NCBI GenBank assembly: GCA_012295275.1
Contig: CM022679.1
Location: 10,416,001-10,480,000, forward strand
DNA: 64,000 bases
Direction of reading: 5' to 3'
DNA from: Chrysomallon squamiferum
Taxonomy: Eukaryota > Animalia > Mollusca
A program made the translations under genes and the position numbers. Shown here one piece after another: positions 28,015-39,842 of this stretch. The notes beneath the pieces were generated by a model, which worked only from the letters and a program-made list of their open reading frames with translations, searched no databases and had not been told where the DNA came from. Positions within the stretch are counted from its first letter, which is position 1. Each line of letters opens with the position of its first letter.

Positions 28015-28084
28015 ATAATAATAATAATAATAATAATACTAACAACAGTAGTAGTATTAGCAGTAGTAGAAGTAGTAGTAGTGG

Positions 28085-28116
<32 letters not shown>

Positions 28117-31100
28117 AGAACAGTTATAATAATAATATGAAATAAAAAACAATATAATATGTATGAGTACATCCACATACACACACATTAATTATATAAC
28201 AATAAACAGATCCCCTCCAAAACTTATAAAAACTAATTTTGTACTTGCTAAAATGAAGGTTATTATATAAAATATTATCAATATAAGTAAATAAAATATT
28301 TGATGGATAACAATATAAGTAATAAATAAATAAAGAAATCCTATAATGAGAAAATATAATGAATAATTCAAAGAGAAATTAATGTAGAAACATAAGAAAA
28401 TGGTTTCTTAAATTGTTTAAAAAATATCTATTTATAAAAATTAATAAGAAAATTATTAAAAAAAATAAAAATTGATTGATGTCTCACCATCTTTCATTCT
28501 CATAACAATGGACGAATCTCCAAGTGCACTGCTGAAATAACCACCAGCCTCTTCATCCCAGAACAGCTTGTTTTGCGTTTCTTGGAGCTGTTCGGCCCAT
28601 TCCAACCACCTCTCATCATAGCAAGCTTCATACAGGTCCAGAAGACCACGAATCACAAAGGCGTAATCATCAGCAAAACCCTCGATAGGAGAAGATCTGA
28701 AACAATAAAAATTATTAATTTGTAAAAAATTTATATATTAAAAGGTTAATAGTTAAAAGTTGATATTGAAGGTAACAGGAAATTCTGGGAGATAGAACTT
28801 TTATTAAAAATGATGAGTGATGAGCGAGATTTCATCATAACAGACACTGTTATATTACTTAAAGAATGCATACATGTTAAAAATTTATAAAAGAATAAAA
28901 GAATAAAGAAAAATAAGGAAGAATAAGATACAACAGAATTGTTAAGATAATATGAAAAGTAAAGGCAAGGTAAAATAAAATAATACAAATTAAAATTATG
29001 CCTCTATAAAAACTACAGTATATATTAAAATATATATTTATACATATTTCAAAAATATTTCAAAAATACATCTGTATAAAAATTACAACACAAATTTCAA
29101 ATATATATCTGTATAAAAACTACAGTATATATTAAAAACGTATCTGTATAGAAAATAAAATACGTACATCTGTGAAACGTCTTTGTCCTGAGATGTGTAA
29201 CAACTTCTGAGTAGAACCTGTGAATCCTGCTGATACATGTGAGACTGGAGAAACTCAGCAGCGGTCACTGCACGGCCGGTCAGTTCAGGGTCCTGCAACA
29301 CCTGTCCACCTCTAGCAAACCCCGACACCATCAGACCTGGTCACACACAATTATCATTTTTATTAATGTACTTCTGTATCAAAGATAATGCTTTCTTCTT
29401 TAAATCTTTTTCTTAGTATTATATATATGTTTTGAAAACATTATTAACATTAATTTTATTTTTCCATTATTAAATATCTGGATTAAAGATAAAAAAAAAA
29501 AAAAAATATTAGTAAGTTAATTATTTTCTCTCCATTAATTTCAAATTATCCAATTAATTTCTTTACTTTCTAGAACACTTCTGAACCAAAATAGATTACA
29601 CTTTAAAAATATTTTTGACTAATGATTATGTTTTTCATATAGTGGTTATATTGTTTTTCCGTTCATACCATTCCATGCTGCAACCATTTTGTTGTCCAGA
29701 TGTGCCTTTGGTCTGCCCTGTCTGACTTCAAACAACTTGAGTCGACTCTTTTCAAGAACAGATTTGGTGATGTTGACATCGAGAGCAAAATGAGCTGAGG
29801 TGTCTTCCAGACTTCCTCTGATAATCAGAACATTCTTACCTTTCAGTTCATCATGTGGATCCTTGTGAAAATAAACACCAACAACAACAAAGTATATAAA
29901 GCAAGGAAATTTAACAATTATCTTTGGAAAGAAAAAAAGAGGTTTCATTTGAAGTGTTTTGGCTGAGAGAATGGTTTGAAATTAGCTTGTATATAAAATA
30001 TAATCTTCAAGTTCAGTATTCATAAGTGATTATATATTATTAGTTTTATATTATTTTTTAAAATTTTCTTCTTCTTTTTATTTTGATTATTATTATTATT
30101 ATGTTTTATTGACAGGCAGTGAAAATAATTTGCAGATTTCTTCTTTGAATTTTAACTCATTTCATTGTAAAAGAAATACCAACAAGAAAAAGCAGTTCCT
30201 TTTTAAAAATTTTGTATTGGTATAATGATATCATTTTTACAAAATTACTGGAAATACCCCAGGAATGTGCATTCATGTATATAATTATTACATTTCTGAG
30301 ATGGATCTTGTATTTCAGAAATACATGCATTTTTGTGTTTGTGTTACAAATGACAGTATGATGACTAAATATATTTTTGTATTTTTAGTCACTGATCAGA
30401 CTATTTTTGTGAAGAAATATTTTTACTTCAATAAATTACTTGTTATTTACACACACATGAAGTGACTAACCTGATACGGTTCAACGTTGCCTGCTTTCTT
30501 CACATCATAATGATGACAGAAAACATCGGCGTACTTGAGCTCAGACTTTCCTTCTACTGGTGTGGTGAGACAAGACTGAACTTCATCCCAAGTCCACACA
30601 CAGAAAGCTCCCTCTTTCTTCTCTGCTGCATCAGCTGATGGCAGGGAATCAGCATCTTCTGCACTGTAGAAACCTCCAACCTGGTGAATCATTCATATAT
30701 TTAACATGGTATCTTTTAACACTATCGTTTGAAAGGTATGAAAAAATCATATATTTAACATTATAGTACCTTTTAATATTAATGATTAATAGGTATGAAA
30801 AATCATATATTAAACAATACATTGCAAGTAATTTGTATCAAAATAATTTGATTTAACTATTTTTTAAAATATATATACATATTTGTCTGTGCTCAATGGC
30901 ATGTTTTTACAAAATAATAATAATAATGAATAATAATAATTTTTAATAATATAAACAACTGTGTACACAATGTTAACAAAAATAATAACAATAATAATAA
31001 TAATAATAAAAAAAAAAAATAATATATGTATTTGCTTTCATAATTTGAGTAGTTCTGGTAAAATGTAGAAATTCCAATTGCAGACTGATCAGCTTTGATA

Positions 31101-34100
31101 TATGTAGACATGTTCATGTATGTCAAAGCCGTAGATGAATCAGTCATGAGACCCTAACAATACTGAGAAATTAGATACACTTAAAATGAATGATTCTTAA
31201 AACCATGACACTTCATGCAATCATCCTAAGCAATTTTTATTTCGACTTTCACCAAAAAGCATTTAAACATTAACATCATATTTAAAGATGCAGTTGTCTT
31301 TTTAACTACATAATAGTATCTTCAAGGATATGTTGAATTAATTCAAAGATAAAGAATATACCTACTGGGTGACTGAGATCTCTAGAAACATAGGTAAATA
31401 TATCTCTGGCAGTCTCAGCTAACAGTTCGTCTTTTGTAATCTGCAGCAGAAACATAATATCAGTCAAAATAAAATTAAAAAAAAAACAAAAATTTTCTAA
31501 TAGTAAAATAATAAAAATAAAAAAAAAATAAATAAAAATGAATAAAATAAAAAATTAAAAACAAATAATAAATAAACATATAAATAATAATAATATAAAT
31601 GTACAAAAAAAACCCTGTCAAAACATGCTCAACTTTTACTTTCTCCAAACAGACCATTAATCATGTATGTGTGCCTGTGAGGTTCATGTGTATAAACACA
31701 CAACTAATTATATTAGCCACCTTCAAAGTTGTACATTAGAACAGTAGATGTGTAAAATGAATGTATATTATTTTTGTTCAATGTCATTTTTGTAATCTGA
31801 CAGATAATAGCAAGATTTATGAAATCTGTTATCACTTTGTATAATACCCCTACAACAGTGGAGCAATGATCAGCAACTTTCAGTGGATGGGAAAGCACAC
31901 ATCTCTCAATTTAACAATAAAATACACAGACCTTTTTAAAGGGAAATGGCTGTTGATGACTGAAACATACAAAGAAACACAGACTAACCTGATAAGCATC
32001 AAGATAAGCCACAGAGAGCTGGGCCTGGTCATACAACATCTTTTCAAAATGAGGCACATGCCAGAACTTGTCTGTGGAATAACGATGAAAACCCTAGAAA
32101 AATATGAGAATGAAATCAAAATGTCCATAATAAACATAACAATATGTGTGTGTATGTGTGTGTTTGTGTCAAGGAATATATTGGTAATAAGGAATGAAAT
32201 ATATGGCAAGTATTTTATACATGAAAGTTTTTGAAAAATATTTGAAAAAGAAAAATATTATTATTTAAGTATTCTTATAGAGGTATATTTGTATACTTCC
32301 TTAATATATAAGATAGAACTATAATAACAATAATAATAATAATAATAATAAAAATAATAGTAATAGTAATAGTAAGAGAATAGTATTAGTAATAGTGATA
32401 ATAATAATAATAATAATAAATTTATACTGATTTTAATGTTACAGCTTTAACATTTACTGGAACTGCATAACCTTTCTATCACGAAAAATGTAGAGAATTG
32501 ATTAAATCATTGAAAATCAGATATTTTAAAAACAAACCCATTTTTTTACTATTTACCAACAACATTACTCAACTCTGAACCTTGAAAACTTTATTTTGGC
32601 ATACTCAGGCCGACTAATGTTAGGAGATTTCAAACAATAACAACAACAAATCCAGACATGGATTTTTAATACAATACACCCAGATATAATTCAAGTGTGG
32701 TCTTATGATACATTTCCACCACTATTCACCTGAGCAATGTGGTCATGTATTCCTCCTTTGGCCATCATCTTCAGTGTATGCACAACCATGTCCAGAGCTT
32801 TCTGCCTCTCCGAGGAAAGTGGCTGTGTTCCGTAGAAATGAAGAAGGAACTTTAAATTTACTGAAAGCAAACCACTGTAAATGTATGGGGCATAAACAGT
32901 ATGTTACTTTTTACCATTTGTACTCCATTAGCACATAAACACTGATATAAACACATATACAGGTACTTCTGTTAGAAATGTTTTTTTGTTCTAGTAAGAA
33001 ACCAATAACTCATGAAAAAAACCACAAATGAAATAAAATTAATAATAATAATAAAAAAAGAAGATAAATAAATAAGTAAAATAACAACAATAATTAAATA
33101 AAAAATAATTAATATAAAACGTAAAAAACCCCAGAAAAAACAACAACAACAAAAACACACAAAAAGGAAATCTATAGACTATGTTATGCCCTAGTTTTGC
33201 ATTTAATCTCAATTTGGTTTTTCTAAAAAGTTTATAGACTTACAATAAACACGCTTTAAGGTTTATGAAAATAAACACGTTAAAAAATTTGGAGATAAGC
33301 TACAACAATTCTGATTAGGAATTTATCACCATTAGCTTTAGTTTCCTAGGACCATAAATATATTTACAGAAGTCAAAACATGCTTCCATAATTAATTTTG
33401 ACAGTACTGAAATCTTAGCGGAGTAGTTTCGTACAAATATATTATTACCTGGTTGTGGGAACTTTGGAGCAGTACTGAACCCACCAAACTCTGAATCATA
33501 CGTCTTCTCTAACATCTCGTAACACTTGTCTATGCAGGCAGGGGTCACCTTCTCTGTGCCAGCTCCAGCCCCAATCTGTGCTGACTGCATCAGTGCATCG
33601 AGAATTAAAGTTCCTTGTTCTTGTATTTTATCCTTTTTAGCACCCCACTGAAAAAAATAAACAACATTTGTAACTGCTGTTGTGGGTTTATAATTTGTCA
33701 GATCCAGTGTAAATTGACTTTACTTTTTAATTGAACTATATGAAAAATCGGCTAAATAGAAAAGAAAATATAAATAATTATCATAATAATTAAAATAATT
33801 AGGAAATATTTACAAATAAAAAAGATATAATAAAAAGAAATAACAGCTTTAGAAACTTTATTTTTTTATCAGTTTCTCAGAATAATAATAATAAAAAGAT
33901 TCTCATATATGAATATACTCCTTCATTAGCAAGATAAAAAGTTCTTTTTAAAACACATTAGGAAAGAATCCCTGTGTTTTCTCAAACAACACATAAAAAC
34001 AACAAAAAGAAAACAACAGCCTTTCAAAAAAACAAAATAAAAACACAAGAACCCCTTCAAAATTAAACAATTGTAATAAATAACAGTAATGAACCTTTTC

Positions 34101-36425
34101 TGCAATGTTGAGTAGAATACTTTTAAATCCAGGCTGGCCATAATATCTGTCATCAGGAGGAAAATAGGTTCCACCAACAACTGGCTTGAGGTCAGGGGTC
34201 AACCATACACTCATAGGCCAACCACCACTACCAGTAGTGGCCTAAAAAATTAAGAATTAAATAATAATAATAATAACAATAATAATTATAATAAAAATAA
34301 ATATAATAATTTAAAAATTAAAATAACCAGAAAACATATAATAACATTAGATTCTGTCTTAAATTCCTAAATATTAAACACAATTATGAATAAAAATAAT
34401 TTACAAAACACTCTTAATTATTAATTAAACTGATAATGAATTTACTTTAAAAATAACAGTGGTTAGAAATTCTAAAACAAGATACTAAACAAGATACTAA
34501 AATAAATTTTAATAAACATTTTAAACAAAAAGAAATAAAATCACCTGAACAAAGTTCATGTAGACCTTGTCCACGTCAGGTCTCTCTTCTCGGTCCACTT
34601 TGATACTGACAAAATGCTCGTTGAGAATTTTCCCTATCTCATCATTTTCAAATGACTCTCTCTCCATCACATGACACCAGTGACATGTGGAATAGCCAAC
34701 TGACAAGAAAATAAGTTTATTTTCCTTTTTGGCTTTTTCAAATGCTTCTGAGCCCCATGGATACCTGTAATGATTACAAACAAAGTGTTTGATTACTGCT
34801 GGGACTGAAAATGATAGTAGTAATGAATAAAATAGATTCATTAAGCATGTAAATTTTACACTGTTTTACATTTAGTCTGTCTTAAATTTAAAAGTGCAAG
34901 TGTTATACTTCTTTTAAATTAATTTATTGATAAATAATCTTCATCTGCAGATTCCTCAAGAAAAATTTAACTGAAAATTTAGCAAAAACAATGTTAGGAA
35001 GACAGTCTAATAATTAATTTACTAAATGTAATTATAACTGTCTATTTGTCTGCAAACGTTCGTGTTCAAAACACCTTGAAAGCATAACAAGATAAGCATT
35101 TAATAGTATAAGTACAAATTAACAGATTCAGTAATTATTTCCCTGGGAATGACTTATTCTGATACAAATTTAATCATTATAATAAAACTGTGTATACCAA
35201 TCAACAGGGTTTGATGCGTGTTGTAACAAATAAGGAGATTTTTCCTCTGCCAGTTTGTTTTTGTGACCCTTGTCAGAGGTTGAATCACCACTTCCTTTTG
35301 TTGCCATTGTTCGGGCTAAACAACAATTATGGTGACTGAAAAGAAAGTCATAAAAATTCTGTTAGGATCTAAAAATAACAAAAAAAAATAAATATTAAAA
35401 TTTTCAGCATTTGACAACAAATTATTTATCAACTGTTCAATATAAACTAAAAAATATGATTTCTGAATAAAAATAAAAATACAAAGGTCTAAAAATTCTG
35501 GTATACTTTAAAAATAAAATAAATATTAAAGATATTTATCTATAATATCTATCTGTCAAAGAAAATTTATTTTATAAAAGGAAAACAAAAATGAAAAATG
35601 CCAGCTAGTGTTTTTTATTTGCATCCAAGGGATTCTGACCAAGATTAAAAAGATAGCTGGACAAGTATAAGATTTGTAAATTATTTTATGGCCTAGAAAA
35701 TAAATGATGTATCACCATTATATAAAAGGGAGTATGTTTTTAATAAAGAACTTTCTACTGGCAACACCTAGTCAAATTCCAAAGCAAATGGTACCTATTT
35801 TAGTGCTTTTCTATGATGCATTATACTTATCTTCTATATTCTCATTAAATTAAACAATGACTACACCACTGGCCTCAACACCATTCTTATGGATGTGAAG
35901 TACTCAAATTTAATTGAGAGAGAGGACCATGAACATTAAAAGACATTATATTTTTATATTATTTTATCTAATTACTGGACTAATATTACTAAATCTATAG
36001 CTGCATATTAATGATGCTATTACTACCACTAAGAATAATAAACAAATAATACTGCAAATGAATATGTTATGGTTCCTATTTAAGAACAATTTCCTTTACA
36101 CTGATGTCAAGACTCTAGTACCAGAATCATTATGATAATGGTTATTCCACAGACTATAATCCATAGAAAAAACTAGTATACTCAGATAATCATAGTGCAT
36201 ACAGTATACTTATCTAAAATTTAGTGGAAAATACTGGCTATACCTGACTTCTGAATAATATTTGTGCCTAGATGTTATTTTAGGCACAAATGAACGTAAA
36301 CGTTTTCGATGGTAACTATGTGATCGCTGTTGCTGCAAATTTGTCTGCTTCAGAAAAGTGTAGCATGTGGGCTTTGATGATAGATTTAAACAAGAAAAAA
36401 TAGATCGTCGACAAAATCTGGACAT
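27106..36425 (-). CDS. SPATA20: Spermatogenesis-associated protein 20 (SPATA20/SSP411; thioredoxin-like DUF255 domain plus six-hairpin glycosidase-like fold), complete, 14 coding exons, ~816 aa
   Basis: Hand-spliced exons, all GT-AG with consistent phases: 36244-36425, 35198-35335, 34545-34764, 34095-34241, 33449-33647, 32730-32860, 31989-32093, 31366-31440, 30471-30680, 29669-29861, 29168-29336, 28488-28696, 27675-27874, 27106-27378 (total 2451 nt including TAA). Family motifs: [148 protein letters not shown]. Confidence 0.96.
30692..30815. repeat. ~55-bp intronic tandem repeat (about 2.5 copies) next to a SPATA20 acceptor
   Basis: tcatatatttaaca..cttttaa..aggtatgaaaaa repeated. Confidence 0.7.
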
Positions 36426-37096
36426 CTAGAAAGGGGAAAAATGATATGTATAATTTTTATAATTATATATTATGTTATGCAAATAATGTGAATTAAATTA
36501 ATAAAATATTAAAAATAAAATCAATAGTATTCTGCCCTTTCCAAAACACAAACAATTTTAGTAAAAGTTACGCTTATACGCCACTTTAACAATAATTAAA
36601 CCCCAAACAAATGTCAGTCAATTTTCGTTCGATATTAATTTCCTCCTTTTTGTAGTGACAGCTATTACACCTTCTATTTCCATAACTTGTTTCACAAAGC
36701 TACTTATAATTAACTTATAATTTAAATGCATAAATATTTTATGATTGAGGTGTGTAAAATTTATAAAACTGAAATCCACTAATATTGTTTTAACGTCATT
36801 ATAACAACAGCGACAAAAACTGTAAGTGCCCAACGGGAATGTAACGCTCTTTTTTCTTAGGCTGAATTATGGTTATGAAAAATACCATACATAACGGGTA
36901 AATAATTATTATCCACTTTTACATCAAACTACTCATCATCTCATGTTATCTTTCTACAACCACCTCAGCAACAATAGAAACAACAACAACGTCAGCAACA
37001 ACACCAGCAACAAGAGCCAAAACGACAACAACATCAACAACGACAACAACAAATACTACTACTACTAACATTAAAACAACAACAACTACTACTACC

Positions 37097-37207
37097 CCCA
37101 GCTAGAGCATTTATTTTGCCCAAAGATGGCCTCGCCTGGCCCGAAGCTGACATCACGTGGGTAGGATGTGGAGACCATCTTTGGGCCAGATATATGTGCT
37201 AGAAGGA
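37097..37207. mobile_element. Short inverted-repeat element (MITE-like)
   Basis: Perfect 12-bp inverted repeat GCCCAAAGATGG (37118-37129) / CCATCTTTGGGC (37175-37186), extending imperfectly outward to cccagctagagca...tgtgctagaagg and inward to cctc/gaga. It interrupts a (CTA/CAA)n low-complexity tract. Confidence 0.5.
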
Positions 37208-37804
37208 ACAACTACTTCTACAGCTACGACTACTGCTATTACTACTTCTATTACTGCTGCTACCATTGCTGTTACTGTTGCTATTACATATATATATATT
37301 ATTCATGCATTCATTTGGGATTAATCTATTCCCATCCTCTTGTATGTATATATATGTATGTATAAATATATATAAATTAATGCATATGCGGGAACATGTG
37401 CACGTGTGTATGAATTTTTTAGGAATAATATTAATTATCACCATAAAGAAGTTCAACAACAATAAATGAATAATTTAAAAGAGAACTAAATTAATTAAAA
37501 TAAAATTATAATAATGACCTAACCATAATATTAAATACCAGCTCTTATTAGAATAATATTGAAAAAAAAAACAACAATAACAAATAAACCCCCCTAACCC
37601 ATCCCCTGCTTTTTTGTATTTGTTTTCCAAACAACAAAAAACAAAACACTAGTGTTGTATTACAGTTATGTTATTGTTTACACCGAATGTAATAGGTCAC
37701 GGGTTTTATTCATTTTTCATACTGTCATAGAGCGTTTGTTAGTCGTAGTGGCCTGAGTGTAATGAATGCAGCGGGCGTGAAGGACATTTGAATGGGGTCT
37801 ACGG

Positions 37805-37850
37805 TCAGTACGGAACGAACACAAATTGTCAAACGTTAGATTCAAGTGGG
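37805..37850 (+). other. Candidate non-coding first exon of ACSL paralog A
   Basis: Initiator-like TCAGT at 37805 in a GC-richer patch, followed by a consensus donor GG|GTAAGT at 37850/37851. Start position is approximate. Confidence 0.45.
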
Positions 37851-39178
37851 GTAAGTTCGAGTGAAAGATCAGTTCGTGTCTGTTGTACGTTTTGTAGTCA
37901 CGTCAGTTATTACAACACGTTGTTGTACATAGGAGTAACTGTTATTTTTAAAAAACAACAACATTTTTCTGGATACGTTAATAACATTGTGAGAAGAGCA
38001 ACGAATTTATAATTTTGTATGTACACATGTATATTAAAAGTAATTAAATCATTTGTATTTGCAAAGGATTTTCACCTTAAGTAGTTAAATTATTGACGAC
38101 AGAAAGCAGGTATCTTTTTATATATCATTTGTATCTGCGTAACGTCTTTGCGGTGTTCATCGGTGAAAGGTAACAATATTAACACTTTTTATAAAGGTTA
38201 TAACTTCTTACGCAAGGATACCACACGATCAGTACACATATAATAAAGATCAGCGATCTTTAAAGTGTGCCTTTGTTGATGCGATCAAATAACCTGTTAT
38301 ATTATTTTGTATACTTGGTACTGCATGTTTTGTTAGTAGCAATCCATTTTTATATTTACTGCTAATAAAGTGTGATAATGCAATAACAAGCTCGTGGGAA
38401 CACGCGAAATAATCCCTGATGATATATTTTATTAGCTATTTAGGAAATAACTTTACATTGAGTAGTAGTAGCAGCAGTAGTAGTAGTAGTAATAGTAATA
38501 ATAACTTCTATGTATAATCAAAGGCTTAATATTTTATTTCTTTACTTTGCTGGATCGATGAATTAAAGACATCTGTAAAGTGAAGGTGTAAGAAATACAT
38601 TTAATTAATTTACGTATTATCAAAGGTTAAAATGAATGGGTACGGAATGGGGACATTCACGTTATTTATCTGGGTCATTTTACACGGATTTTAAACCCAG
38701 CAGCATGTATGTGTATAGTACACTGCATAATAAATCACTCGTTAGGAAAATATTTAGGAAAATAAGATGGAAAGACTGTCACATTCAGATACAAATAGCT
38801 ACGGCTGTAACGTATAAATAAACAGGCTTCATATCCTTCTTTTCAAGAAGCACGTACATAAGTATTACCCCAAAACATGTACGTAAGTGAAAGGATGGCA
38901 TCATTTTACCGTGGTTTAAATGAAACTGAAAGCGAAGCATTAATACAAAATAAAACACAATAATGTATAAAATCAATGGGTCTAGATTTTGTTAACTGTG
39001 TAGTACTAACTGCATTAGTTTGGGTACAAAATAACAATTTACCTGGCTTGGTATGGATTATTGAGCTTTCCGCCAACGACTTACTGATTCATTCATGCGG
39101 AAAATGTTCAGGCATAAGCCACAGGTGGTTTGTTGTACCAGACATAAGCTACATGTTTTGCACTCCCGTGCAATACAG

Positions 39179-39215
39179 GTCTTAAGAGGACAAGAAAGCT
39201 GCTTATACAACCTGG
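39179..39215 (+). other. Candidate second or alternative 5' UTR exon of ACSL paralog A
   Basis: Consensus donor TGG|GTAAGT at 39215/39216 and a possible acceptor caatacag at 39178. The frame that would join the ACSL ORF contains a stop, so it is non-coding. Confidence 0.35.
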
Positions 39216-39679
39216 GTAAGTACGTTTGTCAAAAAATAAAGGATTGAAAGATCGAGATGTGGCTTTTGATGCATTACTTTATGTGTCCACATAATTTTTA
39301 ATTTTTTTTTTCATTTAGGTAATATACGTCACCAAACTTGGCTTTTTTTTTTTTTTTTTTTTTTTTTTCTTTAGAAACAAATTTCTTTTATTAAATGAAG
39401 AAGAGTCTTTTTGCTTTATCGTTACCTAAATATACTCTTTTTGACACATCCATCTTCTTTCTTTGAGGGAGAAAGTCGGTGGTATGTGTTATCCTACGCA
39501 CATAAAAAAAAAAAAAAAAAAACAAGTGGATAAAATACATTAACCGTTAATCGCTTTTTTTTTTACCCCTCTTTGTACTGTATTTTTCTTCTATCTATGG
39601 AACAGTTACTTGTATCTGCCGACCATCTTGCATACTAATCTGCTTACTTACCTATCTAGCTGGCTGTCTACACATCCCT

Positions 39680-39800
39680 CAATTCATCCATGCGTCCATG
39701 CGTCCATCCATCCATCCATCCATCCATCCATCCATCTATCCATCCATCCATCCATTCATCCATCCATCCAACCATCTATCCATTCCATCCATTCATCCAT
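39680..39800. repeat. (CCAT)n microsatellite just upstream of the ACSL first coding exon
   Basis: Directly visible tetranucleotide array ending about 35 nt before the acceptor at 39836. Confidence 0.9.
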
Positions 39801-39842
39801 ACATCAATTTATCCACCCGTCTTTCTCTTCCCACAGCTCATC

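Larger units (their letters stand above)
36426..39842. promoter_or_regulatory. Divergent (head-to-head) upstream region shared by SPATA20 and ACSL paralog A, containing 5' UTR exons and promoters
   Basis: Both start codons sit just after splice-acceptor-like sequences (SPATA20: ttttcccctttctag|ATG; ACSL: ctttctcttcccacag|ctcatcATG), so both genes have non-coding first exons within this 3.4 kb. Exact TSSs are not visible. Confidence 0.6.

Noticed and set aside
37792-37839. ATG GGG TCT ACG GTC AGT (MGSTVS) as a myristoylated ACSL N-terminus
   Set aside because: A TAG stop comes before the donor and the phase would not join the ACSL frame; at most a uORF.
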